A stretch of 42,407 nt of DNA, taken from positions 1 to 42,407 of the IMG/VR virus record IMGVR_UViG_2565956608_000007, one strand, 5' to 3'. This document shows positions 8,416 to 17,024 of the stretch, in pieces (the first letter of the stretch is position 1; every line of letters begins with the position of its first letter). Source of the DNA: a virus. Lineage: Duplodnaviria; Heunggongvirae; Uroviricota; Caudoviricetes. A program made the translations under genes and the position numbers. A model generated the notes under the pieces. It ran no database searches. It saw only the letters and a program-made list of their open reading frames with translations, and was not told the DNA's origin.

Positions 8416-10287
8416 ATGACCCCTGCTGAGTTATCTGAAAAATTGTGGGACAACGCCGAAAGAGTTGCGAAATACCTGCTTCCACGAGGACACCTCGAGG
8501 GCAAGGAGTGGTGCGCTGGTAATACCAATGGTGATGCCGGTAAGAGCCTGAAAATCAATCTCGGGGGTAAGAAGACTTGGGCGGATTTTGCAAGCGGCGA
8601 CAGCGGAGACCTGCTGGATCTTTGGGTGTTGGTGCGTAACTGCCAACTGCACGACGCTATGCGAGAAGCGAAAGAGTTCCTTGGGCTGAAGGACGACGAT
8701 AACCACTTTGAGGCAAAGAAGAAGACCTTCTCTCGCCCAACCAAAAAAGGCGTTAAAAAGGCGAGTCATTGCTACGACTACCTGGCTTCCCGTGGTATCA
8801 CCCGGGAGACAGCCGATCAATTCCGTGTTTCGGATGCAGTTGTCTGGTACCACGATGAAAACCGCGAAATTCCGGCAGTAGCGTTTCCGTATCTTCGCAA
8901 TGGCGAGCTGTTGCAGGTAAAGCGAATCGGCACTGAACGACCAAATGGCAAAAAGTTGATCATGGCTGAGGCGGATTGCGAACCATGTCTGTTTGGCTGG
9001 CAGGCTATGGACGCGAAAGCCCGAGCTGTTGTGCTTTGCGAAGGAGAGATTGACTGTATGACCTACTCGCAATTCGGTATCAGTGCTCTATCGGTACCGT
9101 TCGGCGGGGGAAAAGGTGCCAAACAGCAGTGGATCGAATACGAGTATCACAACCTCGACCGATTCGAAGAAATTTGGTTAAGCCTCGATAACGATGATGT
9201 TGGGCGGGAAGCCGCAAAAGAAATTGCTCGCCGTCTGGGTGAGCATCGTTGCCGCCTGGTAGAGCTGCCGCACAAAGATATCAACGAATGCCTAACTGCC
9301 GGGGTGAGCGAGGATGAAATCTGGCAATACTTAGGGACCGCTAAATTCTTTGACCCTGATGAACTCTGTTCTGCGGGTGATCTCCTTCAGGAAACACTGG
9401 ATGCATTCGAACATCGAGATGTTGGGTTATTTTCCAGCCCGTGGGATTCGCTGAACAATAATTTTAAATTCCGAGCCGGTGAACTGACGCTGGTTAACGG
9501 AGTGAACGGCCACGGTAAAACCGAGCTGGTGGGGCATATCGCAGTCAATGCCATGAGCCAAGGAGTTCGCGTATGCATTGCATCGCTGGAACTTAAGCCT
9601 GGGAAAATGTTGGCTCGTCTTACCCGGCAAACCATTTGCAGAAAAAACCCAGAACGTACTGAAATTATCATGACTAACGAGTGGTTTTCTGATCGTCTTT
9701 GGGTGTTCAAGCTCACCGGAACAGCAAAGGCCGGTCGTCTGTTGGAAATATTTGCCTATGCCAGACGCCGTTATGGAATCGATCTTTTCGTAATCGATAA
9801 CTTGGCAAAATGTGGGCTCGATGAAGAGGACTACGGTGGTCAGAAAGAATTTATCGATACCCTCTGCGACTTCAAAAATGAGCACAACTGCCATGTTCTG
9901 CTGGTAACGCATGCCAGAAAAACAAACGAAGCTGCACCAACAGGGAAAATGGATGTTAAAGGCACTGGCGCTTTAACCGACATGCCCGACAACGTTATGG
10001 CCGTCTGGCGTAATATCCCGCGAGAACTGGCGCAGCGCAAGGCTGAAAGAATGGGGTATGAGAGCCTTGATAAGGACGAGCAGACTGCTATCCAAATGCC
10101 CGCCTCAATGATTCGCCTGTTGAAACAACGTGAAGGGGAAGGCTGGATCGGAGACATAGGAGCCAATTTTGATTCCAGATCACATCAGTTTATCGAGGGT
10201 GATAAAGGGCCCTTCAATTACTTGGCTGGCAAACAGCAAAGTGAACTTGATATTGAGTGGGAAGCCACCAACGCAACGAGGTATTAA
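8416..10287 (+). CDS. bifunctional primase-helicase (Toprim domain + DnaB-like P-loop helicase)
   Basis: Toprim motif VVLCEGEIDCMTY; Walker A GVNGHGKTE and Walker B DLFVIDNL; GGAG ribosome-binding site before ATG at 8416. Confidence 0.8.
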   Translation: MTPAELSEKLWDNAERVAKYLLPRGHLEGKEWCAGNTNGDAGKSLKINLGGKKTWADFASGDSGDLLDLWVLVRNCQLHDAMREAKEFLGLKDDDNHFEAKKKTFSRPTKKGVKKASHCYDYLASRGITRETADQFRVSDAVVWYHDENREIPAVAFPYLRNGELLQVKRIGTERPNGKKLIMAEADCEPCLFGWQAMDAKARAVVLCEGEIDCMTYSQFGISALSVPFGGGKGAKQQWIEYEYHNLDRFEEIWLSLDNDDVGREAAKEIARRLGEHRCRLVELPHKDINECLTAGVSEDEIWQYLGTAKFFDPDELCSAGDLLQETLDAFEHRDVGLFSSPWDSLNNNFKFRAGELTLVNGVNGHGKTELVGHIAVNAMSQGVRVCIASLELKPGKMLARLTRQTICRKNPERTEIIMTNEWFSDRLWVFKLTGTAKAGRLLEIFAYARRRYGIDLFVIDNLAKCGLDEEDYGGQKEFIDTLCDFKNEHNCHVLLVTHARKTNEAAPTGKMDVKGTGALTDMPDNVMAVWRNIPRELAQRKAERMGYESLDKDEQTAIQMPASMIRLLKQREGEGWIGDIGANFDSRSHQFIEGDKGPFNYLAGKQQSELDIEWEATNATRY

Positions 10288-10289
10288 AA

Positions 10290-10601
10290 ATGGATCGCCT
10301 AATTAGAGAAATGTCGTACCTCTTTACCAAGCAGCGTTTTTTGGAGCTTCAGGAAGCGGCCAAAGACATCGCAATCGGTCATAGTGACTTTCCTGAGTGT
10401 TTCGGTCTTATTGCTGACGCCATCGCTGAATTTGTTGAAGACACTCCTGATGATGAGTGGCGAGAGTATGAAAAAATCCTCATGCACTACGTTGCTATGC
10501 GTACTCTGACGCTGTGGGGTAACGGGGATAAAGTTACTGATGTCCAGTGGGCACACCCTGGCTGGTTTGGCACTGCTGAAAAGGGAGAAACCATTCAATG
10601 A
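10290..10601 (+). CDS. hypothetical protein
   Basis: 103-aa ORF, stop overlaps the next start (ATGA). Confidence 0.5.
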   Translation: MDRLIREMSYLFTKQRFLELQEAAKDIAIGHSDFPECFGLIADAIAEFVEDTPDDEWREYEKILMHYVAMRTLTLWGNGDKVTDVQWAHPGWFGTAEKGETIQ

Positions 10602-11380
10602 AACTGGAAGCAGCACTCAAACATTTTAGTCCTCAGGGAATGCATATCAGCGACGATGTAAAGGGAACCTCTCCGGATCGTCTCACCGGCACTGATGTTA
10701 TGGCAGCGATTGGTACCACCAGCAGCCGTGCGCGGTTCGGCCTGGCGGCGTTCTTCGGTAAAGCGGGAATCAGCAAAACGGATGAACAGCTCGCAGTTCA
10801 GGCGCTGGCGCGATATGCGATGGATGTCGCACCGAAGAATGTTCGCAAAGCAGCTGGTGGCCAGTTCGGATGGTGTATGCAGATGTTGGCACAATTTGCC
10901 TTTGCTGATTACTCACGTTCAGCGGCTACCAGCGTGACGTGTCACAGTTGCAGTGGTACCGGGTTTATCTCCAGGAATGAGGATGTGGTTAAACATCCTG
11001 GTATTTTCGACGCCGACGGTGCTGAAGTAGTTGCCCCGAAGATTAAAAATGAGCTGGTGAATAGGGTTTGCGGAACATGCGGAGGAAAGAAAGTGATCCT
11101 TGCCCGGTGCAGGTGTGGCGGTAAAGGCGAAGTGTTGGACCGCAAAGCGACCAAAGACCGCGGCGCACCGGTTTTCAAAACGTGTGAACGTTGCTCTGGT
11201 AATGGCTTCTCTGCTATCTCCTCGGCTACAGTACACCGCGCCATTCTGAAGCGTCTCCCTGACCTCCATCAATCCTCATGGTCACGCAACTGGAAACCCT
11301 TCTATGAAATGCTGGTGGATACTCTGCGCCAGGGGGAGCGTCACGCAGCAGTGGAATTTGAGAAGGCGACAACTTATTAA
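10598..11380 (+). CDS. zinc-finger protein, putative late-gene antiterminator (Q-like)
   Basis: Four CxxCxGxG motifs; located between replication and lysis modules and followed by a promoter plus terminator pair. Confidence 0.4.
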   Translation: MKLEAALKHFSPQGMHISDDVKGTSPDRLTGTDVMAAIGTTSSRARFGLAAFFGKAGISKTDEQLAVQALARYAMDVAPKNVRKAAGGQFGWCMQMLAQFAFADYSRSAATSVTCHSCSGTGFISRNEDVVKHPGIFDADGAEVVAPKIKNELVNRVCGTCGGKKVILARCRCGGKGEVLDRKATKDRGAPVFKTCERCSGNGFSAISSATVHRAILKRLPDLHQSSWSRNWKPFYEMLVDTLRQGERHAAVEFEKATTY

Positions 11381-11442
11381 TATGATCGGAGCAAATGTCG
11401 ACACTTTTTTGCGCGTTAGTGTTGACTTTGCATAAGGTTGTC

Positions 11443-11470
11443 TTGTAAGCTTCTGATTATGGAGTATAAC
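11443..11470 (+). promoter_or_regulatory. candidate late promoter (PR'-like): -35 TTGTAA, 16-bp spacer, -10 TATAAC
   Basis: Sigma70-like hexamers read by eye directly downstream of the Q-like gene and about 25 bp upstream of a terminator. Confidence 0.3.
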
Positions 11471-11494
11471 GCCTGTAGATAATTAACCTCGAAA

Positions 11495-11519
11495 AGCCCG
11501 CCACGTTGCGGGTTTTTTT
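11495..11519 (+). terminator. Rho-independent terminator (tR'-like)
   Basis: CCCGC-loop-GCGGG hairpin followed by TTTTTTT. Confidence 0.55.
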
Positions 11520-11674
11520 GTACCCGCATTTCCCGCGCACCGCCCGCGCATTCAATACGTCGAACCAATCCATTTGAAATGAGCCTTTGAGGAAGTCAGT
11601 TAGCGCTGGCGAGCCTCGACGGGCTGGTTTCCTGTGCGGCAAAGGTTCATTTCAAAGTAAGGCATACGCATATC

Positions 11675-12160
11675 ATGAGCATCACGCAAGAACGGCTGAA
11701 AGAGGTTCTGAAGTACGACCCTTTGACTGGTTTATTTGTTTGGATCAAGCGAACAAACTCTCGGTCTACGCCAGGCAATATAGCCGGGAACGCAGATACG
11801 TACGGCTATATCCAGATAATGATCGATAAGAAATTAATCTTCGCTCATCGGTTGGCTTTTTTATACATGGATGGTGCGCTGCCGCCAGCTGATAAGTGTG
11901 TCGATCATATCAATGGCAATCCCAAAGATAACCGATGGGACAACTTACGTATCGTTACCCAGTTTGTTAATCAGCAGAACAGGCATAAGGCCAGAAAAGG
12001 TGCGAAATCTGGGCTAATTGGAGCAAACTGGTGCAAGGATCGTGGCCTGTGGCGTTCTGCGATTAGCGTCAACGGGAAACGCAAAGATCTCGGTAGTTTC
12101 CAAACTGCGGAGTTGGCTCACGAGGCTTACATGAAAGCTAAAGCTGAAATGTGTCGTTAA
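11675..12160 (+). CDS. HNH homing-type endonuclease
   Basis: DHINGNPKDNRWDNLR HNH motif. Confidence 0.7.
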   Translation: MSITQERLKEVLKYDPLTGLFVWIKRTNSRSTPGNIAGNADTYGYIQIMIDKKLIFAHRLAFLYMDGALPPADKCVDHINGNPKDNRWDNLRIVTQFVNQQNRHKARKGAKSGLIGANWCKDRGLWRSAISVNGKRKDLGSFQTAELAHEAYMKAKAEMCR

Positions 12161-12441
12161 CGCCTACACGAATAAAATAAATTAAGCCCTGCCTGTATTA
12201 GTGGGGCTATTTATTTTCTACACAACGGAAATCGCTTTGAGTATGTGACGACATCCCGGTGAGACCAGGCACACTTCCCTGGCGCGGCAAAGCGATACCC
12301 ATTGTGATGAAGCTCAGCGGCGAGCTAGGGAATAGTTTTGCGGTGAATATTCTGGATAAGTAGCCACAAGGCGCGCGTAACCCAATCGGCAGCGCACCGA
12401 TGGAAGCTGGTTCGACTCCAGCCTTCACAATCATTACTACG

Positions 12442-12465
12442 GGCTACCTTCGGGTGGCCTTTTTT
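12442..12465 (+). terminator. Rho-independent terminator with UUCG tetraloop
   Basis: GGCTACC-TTCG-GGTGGCC followed by TTTTTT. Confidence 0.55.
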
Positions 12466-12682
12466 GTTTCCCCTCCTTCTGAGAGAACTCACGGCAATGA
12501 AGTATTGACCGGCGGAATGATTTCGGCGTAATTTGTTTGTGTGGTGAATCCTTTCTAAGCGAAAGGGCGTTCCAGTCAACTGCTATCTGCAGGTATGCGC
12601 GCGGCTTTGCTGACTGGGGTAGAGTCACCGGGAGGCACCCGGCACCATGACAACAACAATACAAGTTTCAAATTCCTTGAGA

Positions 12683-12710
12683 GCCTGCCATAAAACGCAG
12701 GCCTTTTTTT
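12683..12710 (+). terminator. Rho-independent terminator
   Basis: GCCTGC-loop-GCAGGC followed by TTTTTTT. Confidence 0.55.
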
Positions 12711-12860
12711 ATGGTTTTGCAAACTGCTGCTACGCTTTGAGTTGTGGGAAGTAACTGAATGCCCGGTGGTTCTCCTGGACCGATAGTGAATCAGCCGATA
12801 CAGCTTCACCTCTGAGCATAAGTCTTACTCACACCTACCTTACAAATAGTCAACTCATTA

Positions 12861-12887
12861 GCCCGCCATCAACAGCGGGCTTTTATT
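12861..12887 (+). terminator. Rho-independent terminator
   Basis: GCCCGC-loop-GCGGGC followed by TTTTATT. Confidence 0.5.
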
Positions 12888-12939
12888 ATTTCCCCTCAAA
12901 CTTACTGAGAGGATTCATAGCAATTACAGAGGGGGCGTA

Positions 12940-13329
12940 ATGTCCGATCCATTAACCGGCACTGGTGCAGTTCTCGGCGGAGGCCTGCTGGGTTCAGTCC
13001 TGTATGGTGTCTTTACTCATACAGATTTCGGCGTGGTGTTTGGAGCGTTTGGTGGTGCGGTGTTTTACGTCGCGACAGCTGCAAACCTTACGCGTGCTCG
13101 CCTGGCTGCATATTTCCTTACATCATTCATTGTTGGAGTGCTTGGCGCCGGGTTTGTTGGTTCATGGCTAAATGCTGCCTCGAGTTATGAAAAACCACTG
13201 GATGCACTCGGTGCAGTGATTTTGTCTGCACTGTGTATAAAAATCCTAACTTTTCTTAATAACCAGGACCTGAACACCCTGTTCGGTTTTTTCTCACGGT
13301 TACGCGGAGGAGGGGGAAATGGTAATTGA
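12940..13329 (+). CDS. holin
   Basis: 129-aa hydrophobic protein with multiple predicted transmembrane segments at the head of the lysis cassette; GAGGGGG ribosome-binding site. Confidence 0.65.
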   Translation: MSDPLTGTGAVLGGGLLGSVLYGVFTHTDFGVVFGAFGGAVFYVATAANLTRARLAAYFLTSFIVGVLGAGFVGSWLNAASSYEKPLDALGAVILSALCIKILTFLNNQDLNTLFGFFSRLRGGGGNGN

Positions 13330-13597
13330 CCCGTCAGCTGTCTTTAACGCGTTTATCTGCTCGGTGATCGTCGTCGTTCTGATGTTCTACCAGCGCCATG
13401 GTGCCCGGCACCGTCCTTTTATCTCAATCCTGGCGTATATAACCATCCTGGTTTACGCAGTAATCCCATGGCAATTCATCTTCGGCCTCTATCGTGACTC
13501 CAGTTGGCTGGTGGTGATGTCGAACCTCCTGATATGCGCAGCTGTTATGAAGGTCCGGGGAAATCTGGCACGTCTGGTTGATCTTCTGAGGCACTAA
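13319..13597 (+). CDS. second holin-like membrane protein
   Basis: 92-aa hydrophobic protein between holin and endolysin. Confidence 0.5.
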   Translation: MVIDPSAVFNAFICSVIVVVLMFYQRHGARHRPFISILAYITILVYAVIPWQFIFGLYRDSSWLVVMSNLLICAAVMKVRGNLARLVDLLRH

Positions 13598-14139
13598 TGA
13601 CAAAAGACGAAATTTTTGACGCCATTCTTGGCAAAGAGGGCGGGTACGTTAATCACCCCGACGACAAAGGCGGCCCAACAAACTGGGGGATCACGCAAGC
13701 GGTAGCTCGCGCCCACGGTTATAACGGTGATATGCGCAACCTTACCCGCCAGCAGGCGCTGGATATCCTGACTGCTGACTACTGGACAGGGCCACGCTTC
13801 GACCTTGTTTCTGAGGTATCACCAGCCATCGCTGCCGAACTCTGCGACACAGGCGTAAACATGGGCCCATCAGTTCAGACCAAATGGTTTCAGCGCTGGC
13901 TGAATGTGTTCAACATTCAAGGCACGCTCTATCCCGATCTGATTGCTGATGGTTTTATCGGTCCGCGAACTATCAGCGCGTTAAAAAGCTATCTTTCCCG
14001 GCGCGGAAAAGAGGGTGAGTTGGTTATGCTTCGGGCCCTGAATTGTAGCCAGGGTCAGCGTTATCTTGAGCTGGCAGAACAGCGCAGCGCGAACGAGACG
14101 TTTGTTTATGGCTGGGTAAAGGAGCGGGTGGTTATATGA
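13597..14139 (+). CDS. endolysin, GH108-type muramidase with peptidoglycan-binding domain
   Basis: N-terminal motif EGGYVNHPDDKGGPTNWGIT characteristic of GH108 lysins; start overlaps upstream stop (TAATG). Confidence 0.85.
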   Translation: MTKDEIFDAILGKEGGYVNHPDDKGGPTNWGITQAVARAHGYNGDMRNLTRQQALDILTADYWTGPRFDLVSEVSPAIAAELCDTGVNMGPSVQTKWFQRWLNVFNIQGTLYPDLIADGFIGPRTISALKSYLSRRGKEGELVMLRALNCSQGQRYLELAEQRSANETFVYGWVKERVVI

Positions 14140-14405
14140 CGCTTGAGTTGATTACCGGATTCGTTATCGCGGTGTTTGCTGCTATTGCCGCCGCGTTTGG
14201 CCTGGGTCATTCACGCGGAACCAGCAAAGCGGAAGCGAAATCAGAACTGCAGCGCACCGAAGATAATGCAGCGGCCACGGTCGCAGCAGCAGATCGCCGG
14301 GTAGAGACAACGAAAGAGGCCAGCAATGTACAGCAGACCGTTAACCATATGCCTGGCGATGATGTTGATCGTGAGCTGCGCACAAACTGGACCCGTAAAG
14401 GTTGA
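14136..14405 (+). CDS. i-spanin (Rz-like)
   Basis: N-terminal transmembrane helix then charged periplasmic region; ATGA overlap with endolysin stop. Confidence 0.65.
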   Translation: MTLELITGFVIAVFAAIAAAFGLGHSRGTSKAEAKSELQRTEDNAAATVAAADRRVETTKEASNVQQTVNHMPGDDVDRELRTNWTRKG

Positions 14406-14556
14406 GGTTGTAGACACGGCTTGCGACTGGGTTAAACCCATCTACGGAACGGATCACGACTGGGATGTGCTGGACCGCCAGACGAAGAAAGACATCCTGG
14501 CGCATAACAAAACGTGGCAGGTGAACTGCCAAAAGGAGAAAGTCGATTTGAAGTAG
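14326..14556 (+). CDS. o-spanin (Rz1-like lipoprotein)
   Basis: Signal peptide with lipobox-like IVSC; begins inside the i-spanin gene in another frame and extends past it. Confidence 0.6.
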   Translation: MYSRPLTICLAMMLIVSCAQTGPVKVEVVDTACDWVKPIYGTDHDWDVLDRQTKKDILAHNKTWQVNCQKEKVDLK

Positions 14557-15234
14557 TAAAGCGGATAGACCGCCGCCGAAAGGTAATGCAGCAGTCATGA
14601 TGCTGCCCCGAGTCGCGTAATGGCGAGCAGGTATAGCAGACAGTTGTGAGGGTAAGTAAGGGAACATGCTCCGGTAAAGCAGCACGAACGCCATACGCGC
14701 ACCGGTTATCAGCGGCTAATAAGCGACAGAGACTCAAGGGCATGAGCGTGGCCACTTCGGGTAGTGGCAGCCATTACAAAGCTCACCTGCTGGTGGGCTT
14801 GATAATGGTTATAAACATAAGCAGTTTAATCAATCATATGATCATCTTACGCAATTGGATTTCTTCCTGCCCGTTGAGTTGGGCGTACTCCACTAATTGC
14901 TTAATAAGCGATTCTTTGTCATTAGACATCAAGGAAGAAACGTAAAGACCAGTTGTCCATTCAAAAACGCTCACTAAGGATAAGGGCGATTTTCTTGAGT
15001 ACTGATAATTTATTGAGAAGTTATTGCAGATTCTTTTCTTTTCCATGGGGTAAATTTGTACTTAATGCAAATTATCGGCATTTATAATGCTGTAATGGTT
15101 TGAGATAAATGAGTACTTCACTTTGGGTAAAAGATACTTTAGCACCGCTAAAAATAGTAGGATTAATCTTAGATTGTTGTTGTTTTTAGCAAAATATGAA
15201 TAATAAATTCAACTAAACACAACGATAACAACCG

Positions 15235-15684
15235 ATGAAAATTCAATCTATTACAATCGCTTTTCTGGTGGCGATATCGTCACCCTCATACTCAGCCTTT
15301 CAGGAAAGGGAATACAATACCTGGTATCAGAAAGATGCAGTGCTTTACGACATTACGCAGACCTCAGAGGGATTGCCTGTCATGATAAGCATCTCTCAAC
15401 CCGGGAGGGGAGCAGCAAATATGCTGGTGTCCTATATGTCCGATGGCAGTTGTGGAGATAAGAAGGAGTTGCTTAATGTGAATGGGAAGGATGTTCCTGC
15501 AACTTACAGGTGTGTATCGGTCGGGGCAAACAGGATTGAGCACTTTGCAGTTAATGATGCCGAAAAGGTCAATGAGATGGTTAACCACCTCAAGTCAGAT
15601 TTCACTTTGCTGCTTCAGAACGATATCAAAGTCTGGGCTGCGAACATAAAGACGCCGAAGTATGGCATAGCACCAAGATTTTAA
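15235..15684 (+). CDS. secreted protein of unknown function (cargo)
   Basis: 149-aa ORF with N-terminal signal peptide MKIQSITIAFLVAISSPSYSA; sits in a visibly AT-rich segment and is followed by a terminator. Confidence 0.6.
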   Translation: MKIQSITIAFLVAISSPSYSAFQEREYNTWYQKDAVLYDITQTSEGLPVMISISQPGRGAANMLVSYMSDGSCGDKKELLNVNGKDVPATYRCVSVGANRIEHFAVNDAEKVNEMVNHLKSDFTLLLQNDIKVWAANIKTPKYGIAPRF

Positions 15685-15698
15685 ATCGCTATATCTAA

Positions 15699-15718
15699 CC
15701 GCCTGAAGGCGGTTTTTT
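15699..15718 (+). terminator. Rho-independent terminator
   Basis: CCGCC-TGAA-GGCGG followed by TTTTTT. Confidence 0.6.
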
Positions 15719-15736
15719 AATGGCAATAACATTGGT

Positions 15737-15782
15737 TATCCCCTGAAAGGGATAAAGCACTGAATATCCCTTTCAGGGGATA
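15737..15782. repeat. perfect 18-bp inverted repeat (TATCCCCTGAAAGGGATA ... TATCCCTTTCAGGGGATA) with 10-bp spacer
   Basis: Second arm is the exact reverse complement of the first; each arm is itself a near-palindrome. Confidence 0.7.
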
Positions 15783-15787
15783 AATCG

Positions 15788-15811
15788 GCCTCGCAATAGC
15801 GGGGCTTTTTT
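15788..15811 (+). terminator. Rho-independent terminator
   Basis: GCCTCGC-AATA-GCGGGGC followed by TTTTTT. Confidence 0.55.
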
Positions 15812-15849
15812 CTGCGCCTCGTACGCGCATTTCAGAGAGTCTTTCAGTA

Positions 15850-15917
15850 GTGAGCCTGAGGAGCATCGTTAAAGGTGGCGACCTCTCTCGGGCGGTGCTC
15901 CTGTACGACAGGCTCAC
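15850..15917 (+). promoter_or_regulatory. long interrupted inverted repeat in the 5' leader of the cargo operon
   Basis: GTGAGCCTG/AGGAGCA pairs with TGCTCCT/CAGGCTCAC around a ~28-nt loop; ends 5 nt before the AAGGAAA ribosome-binding site. Confidence 0.45.
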
Positions 15918-15934
15918 ACCTTAAAGGAAACGCA

Positions 15935-16363
15935 ATGAAGAAATTTTTCACTGATGCGATAGCAAAAATAACTTTTTACGCGCTGCTCGCCGCTTTGCTA
16001 TTTGCTGTTACTACAGGGGCCGGTTCTTTATTGAGAGTAGTTGCCGCCGCCTACTGGGTGATCGTATTGCTTGGCGCGGTAGTTGGTTTGTTAGCTCTCA
16101 TTATTACGTTTGGTGTCGAGTATTCAAAGGATGATAAGTCCAGGCGGGAGGGTATTGAATACCTTGAACGCTTTGCTAAGCGCAAGAACGCAATAGCAAG
16201 AGTATGGGGATGGTTCTGCCTGGTGCTGGGTGCTTCCATGCTTGCATACGGTGGGTGGGTGTTTACAGCGGTAGCCTACGTAATAGCGTCATTGTTTGTG
16301 CGCCTGTGCTGTTCGCTTGCTCGTGATAAGGTCGAGAAACTAACCAAAAAAGAGGTGGCTTGA
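15935..16363 (+). CDS. integral membrane protein of unknown function
   Basis: 142-aa ORF from ATG 15935, about four hydrophobic segments. Confidence 0.6.
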   Translation: MKKFFTDAIAKITFYALLAALLFAVTTGAGSLLRVVAAAYWVIVLLGAVVGLLALIITFGVEYSKDDKSRREGIEYLERFAKRKNAIARVWGWFCLVLGASMLAYGGWVFTAVAYVIASLFVRLCCSLARDKVEKLTKKEVA

Positions 16364-16548
16364 TGGCTCGCTTAAATGTCGAAGTAATCCCGCCGAGTAA
16401 TGAGCAAATAAACCAGGTGATTGAAGAAATAAGCCGGAAATACGCACGTAAGCCACTTACTCCGCAGATCGAAGGCGAGCTCCAGCGTGAAGCTGCTCGA
16501 CTGGTGCGCCGGTTTACAAAAACGAAAGTTACTTTAGTGAGAGATTAA
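16360..16548 (+). CDS. small hypothetical protein
   Basis: 62-aa ORF, start overlaps upstream stop. Confidence 0.5.
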   Translation: MMARLNVEVIPPSNEQINQVIEEISRKYARKPLTPQIEGELQREAARLVRRFTKTKVTLVRD

Positions 16549-16552
16549 CTCG

Positions 16553-16957
16553 ATGAAAAAAATAACTGTCACGGTATCGGGTATTTCTCCATTTGTAATG
16601 GAAGTGGACTATCGCCCGGAAAAAAGTGAATTAGGTAATATTCTTCGAGCTCTTTCATGCGCAGCTGAAATTGTTTCAAGAGAGGCGGTGAAAATCGGCG
16701 AGGAAATACCCGTGGATATACTTCGTGAAACTGAATCATCCTTTCATTTAACAGATTGTGAACCTGCCGACACCGGGAAAACCGTTTATGAGGCAGTTTT
16801 TGAACTGAATGATGGTAAAAAAATCCTCGGCTATTCGGATCAAGACCAACCGAAGGCGAACGGAGAATATTACCACTGTGCAGCTACCAAAGACATGAAA
16901 GGGCGAGTTATCGTAGTGGCTAAATATGTCACTAATTTCCGTTTTACTCCGCTTTAA
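16553..16957 (+). CDS. hypothetical protein
   Basis: 134-aa ORF 5 nt after the previous stop; same operon. Confidence 0.6.
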   Translation: MKKITVTVSGISPFVMEVDYRPEKSELGNILRALSCAAEIVSREAVKIGEEIPVDILRETESSFHLTDCEPADTGKTVYEAVFELNDGKKILGYSDQDQPKANGEYYHCAATKDMKGRVIVVAKYVTNFRFTPL

Positions 16958-17024
16958 AGCTGATATTACAGGAGCCCTTCACTGAGGGGCTTCGATAATG
17001 TTTTTTGAGTGAGGATTGTTCAGA

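Noticed and set aside
8431-9072. Long antisense ORFs from the six-frame track (for example 8431-9072 -, 19759-20418 -, 33313-33864 -, 28478-29215 -)
   Set aside because: Each is embedded on the opposite strand of a well-supported gene (primase-helicase, terminase, hub, sheath), has a biased Arg/Ser/Pro-rich translation and lacks a ribosome-binding site; treated as spurious.
12385-12430. Possible tRNA gene (canonical T-arm and anticodon-like hairpin)
   Set aside because: No complementary 5' acceptor strand or D-arm at tRNA spacing; the only partial acceptor match lies about 120 nt upstream with a bulge; anticodon loop lacks U33 and a purine at position 37. Kept as a tRNA-like remnant in the findings, not called as a tRNA.
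12207-12809. Overlapping minus-strand ORFs in the terminator-rich noncoding region
   Set aside because: Arg-rich low-complexity translations that overlap one another in different frames and run antisense to the late transcription direction; more likely noncoding.
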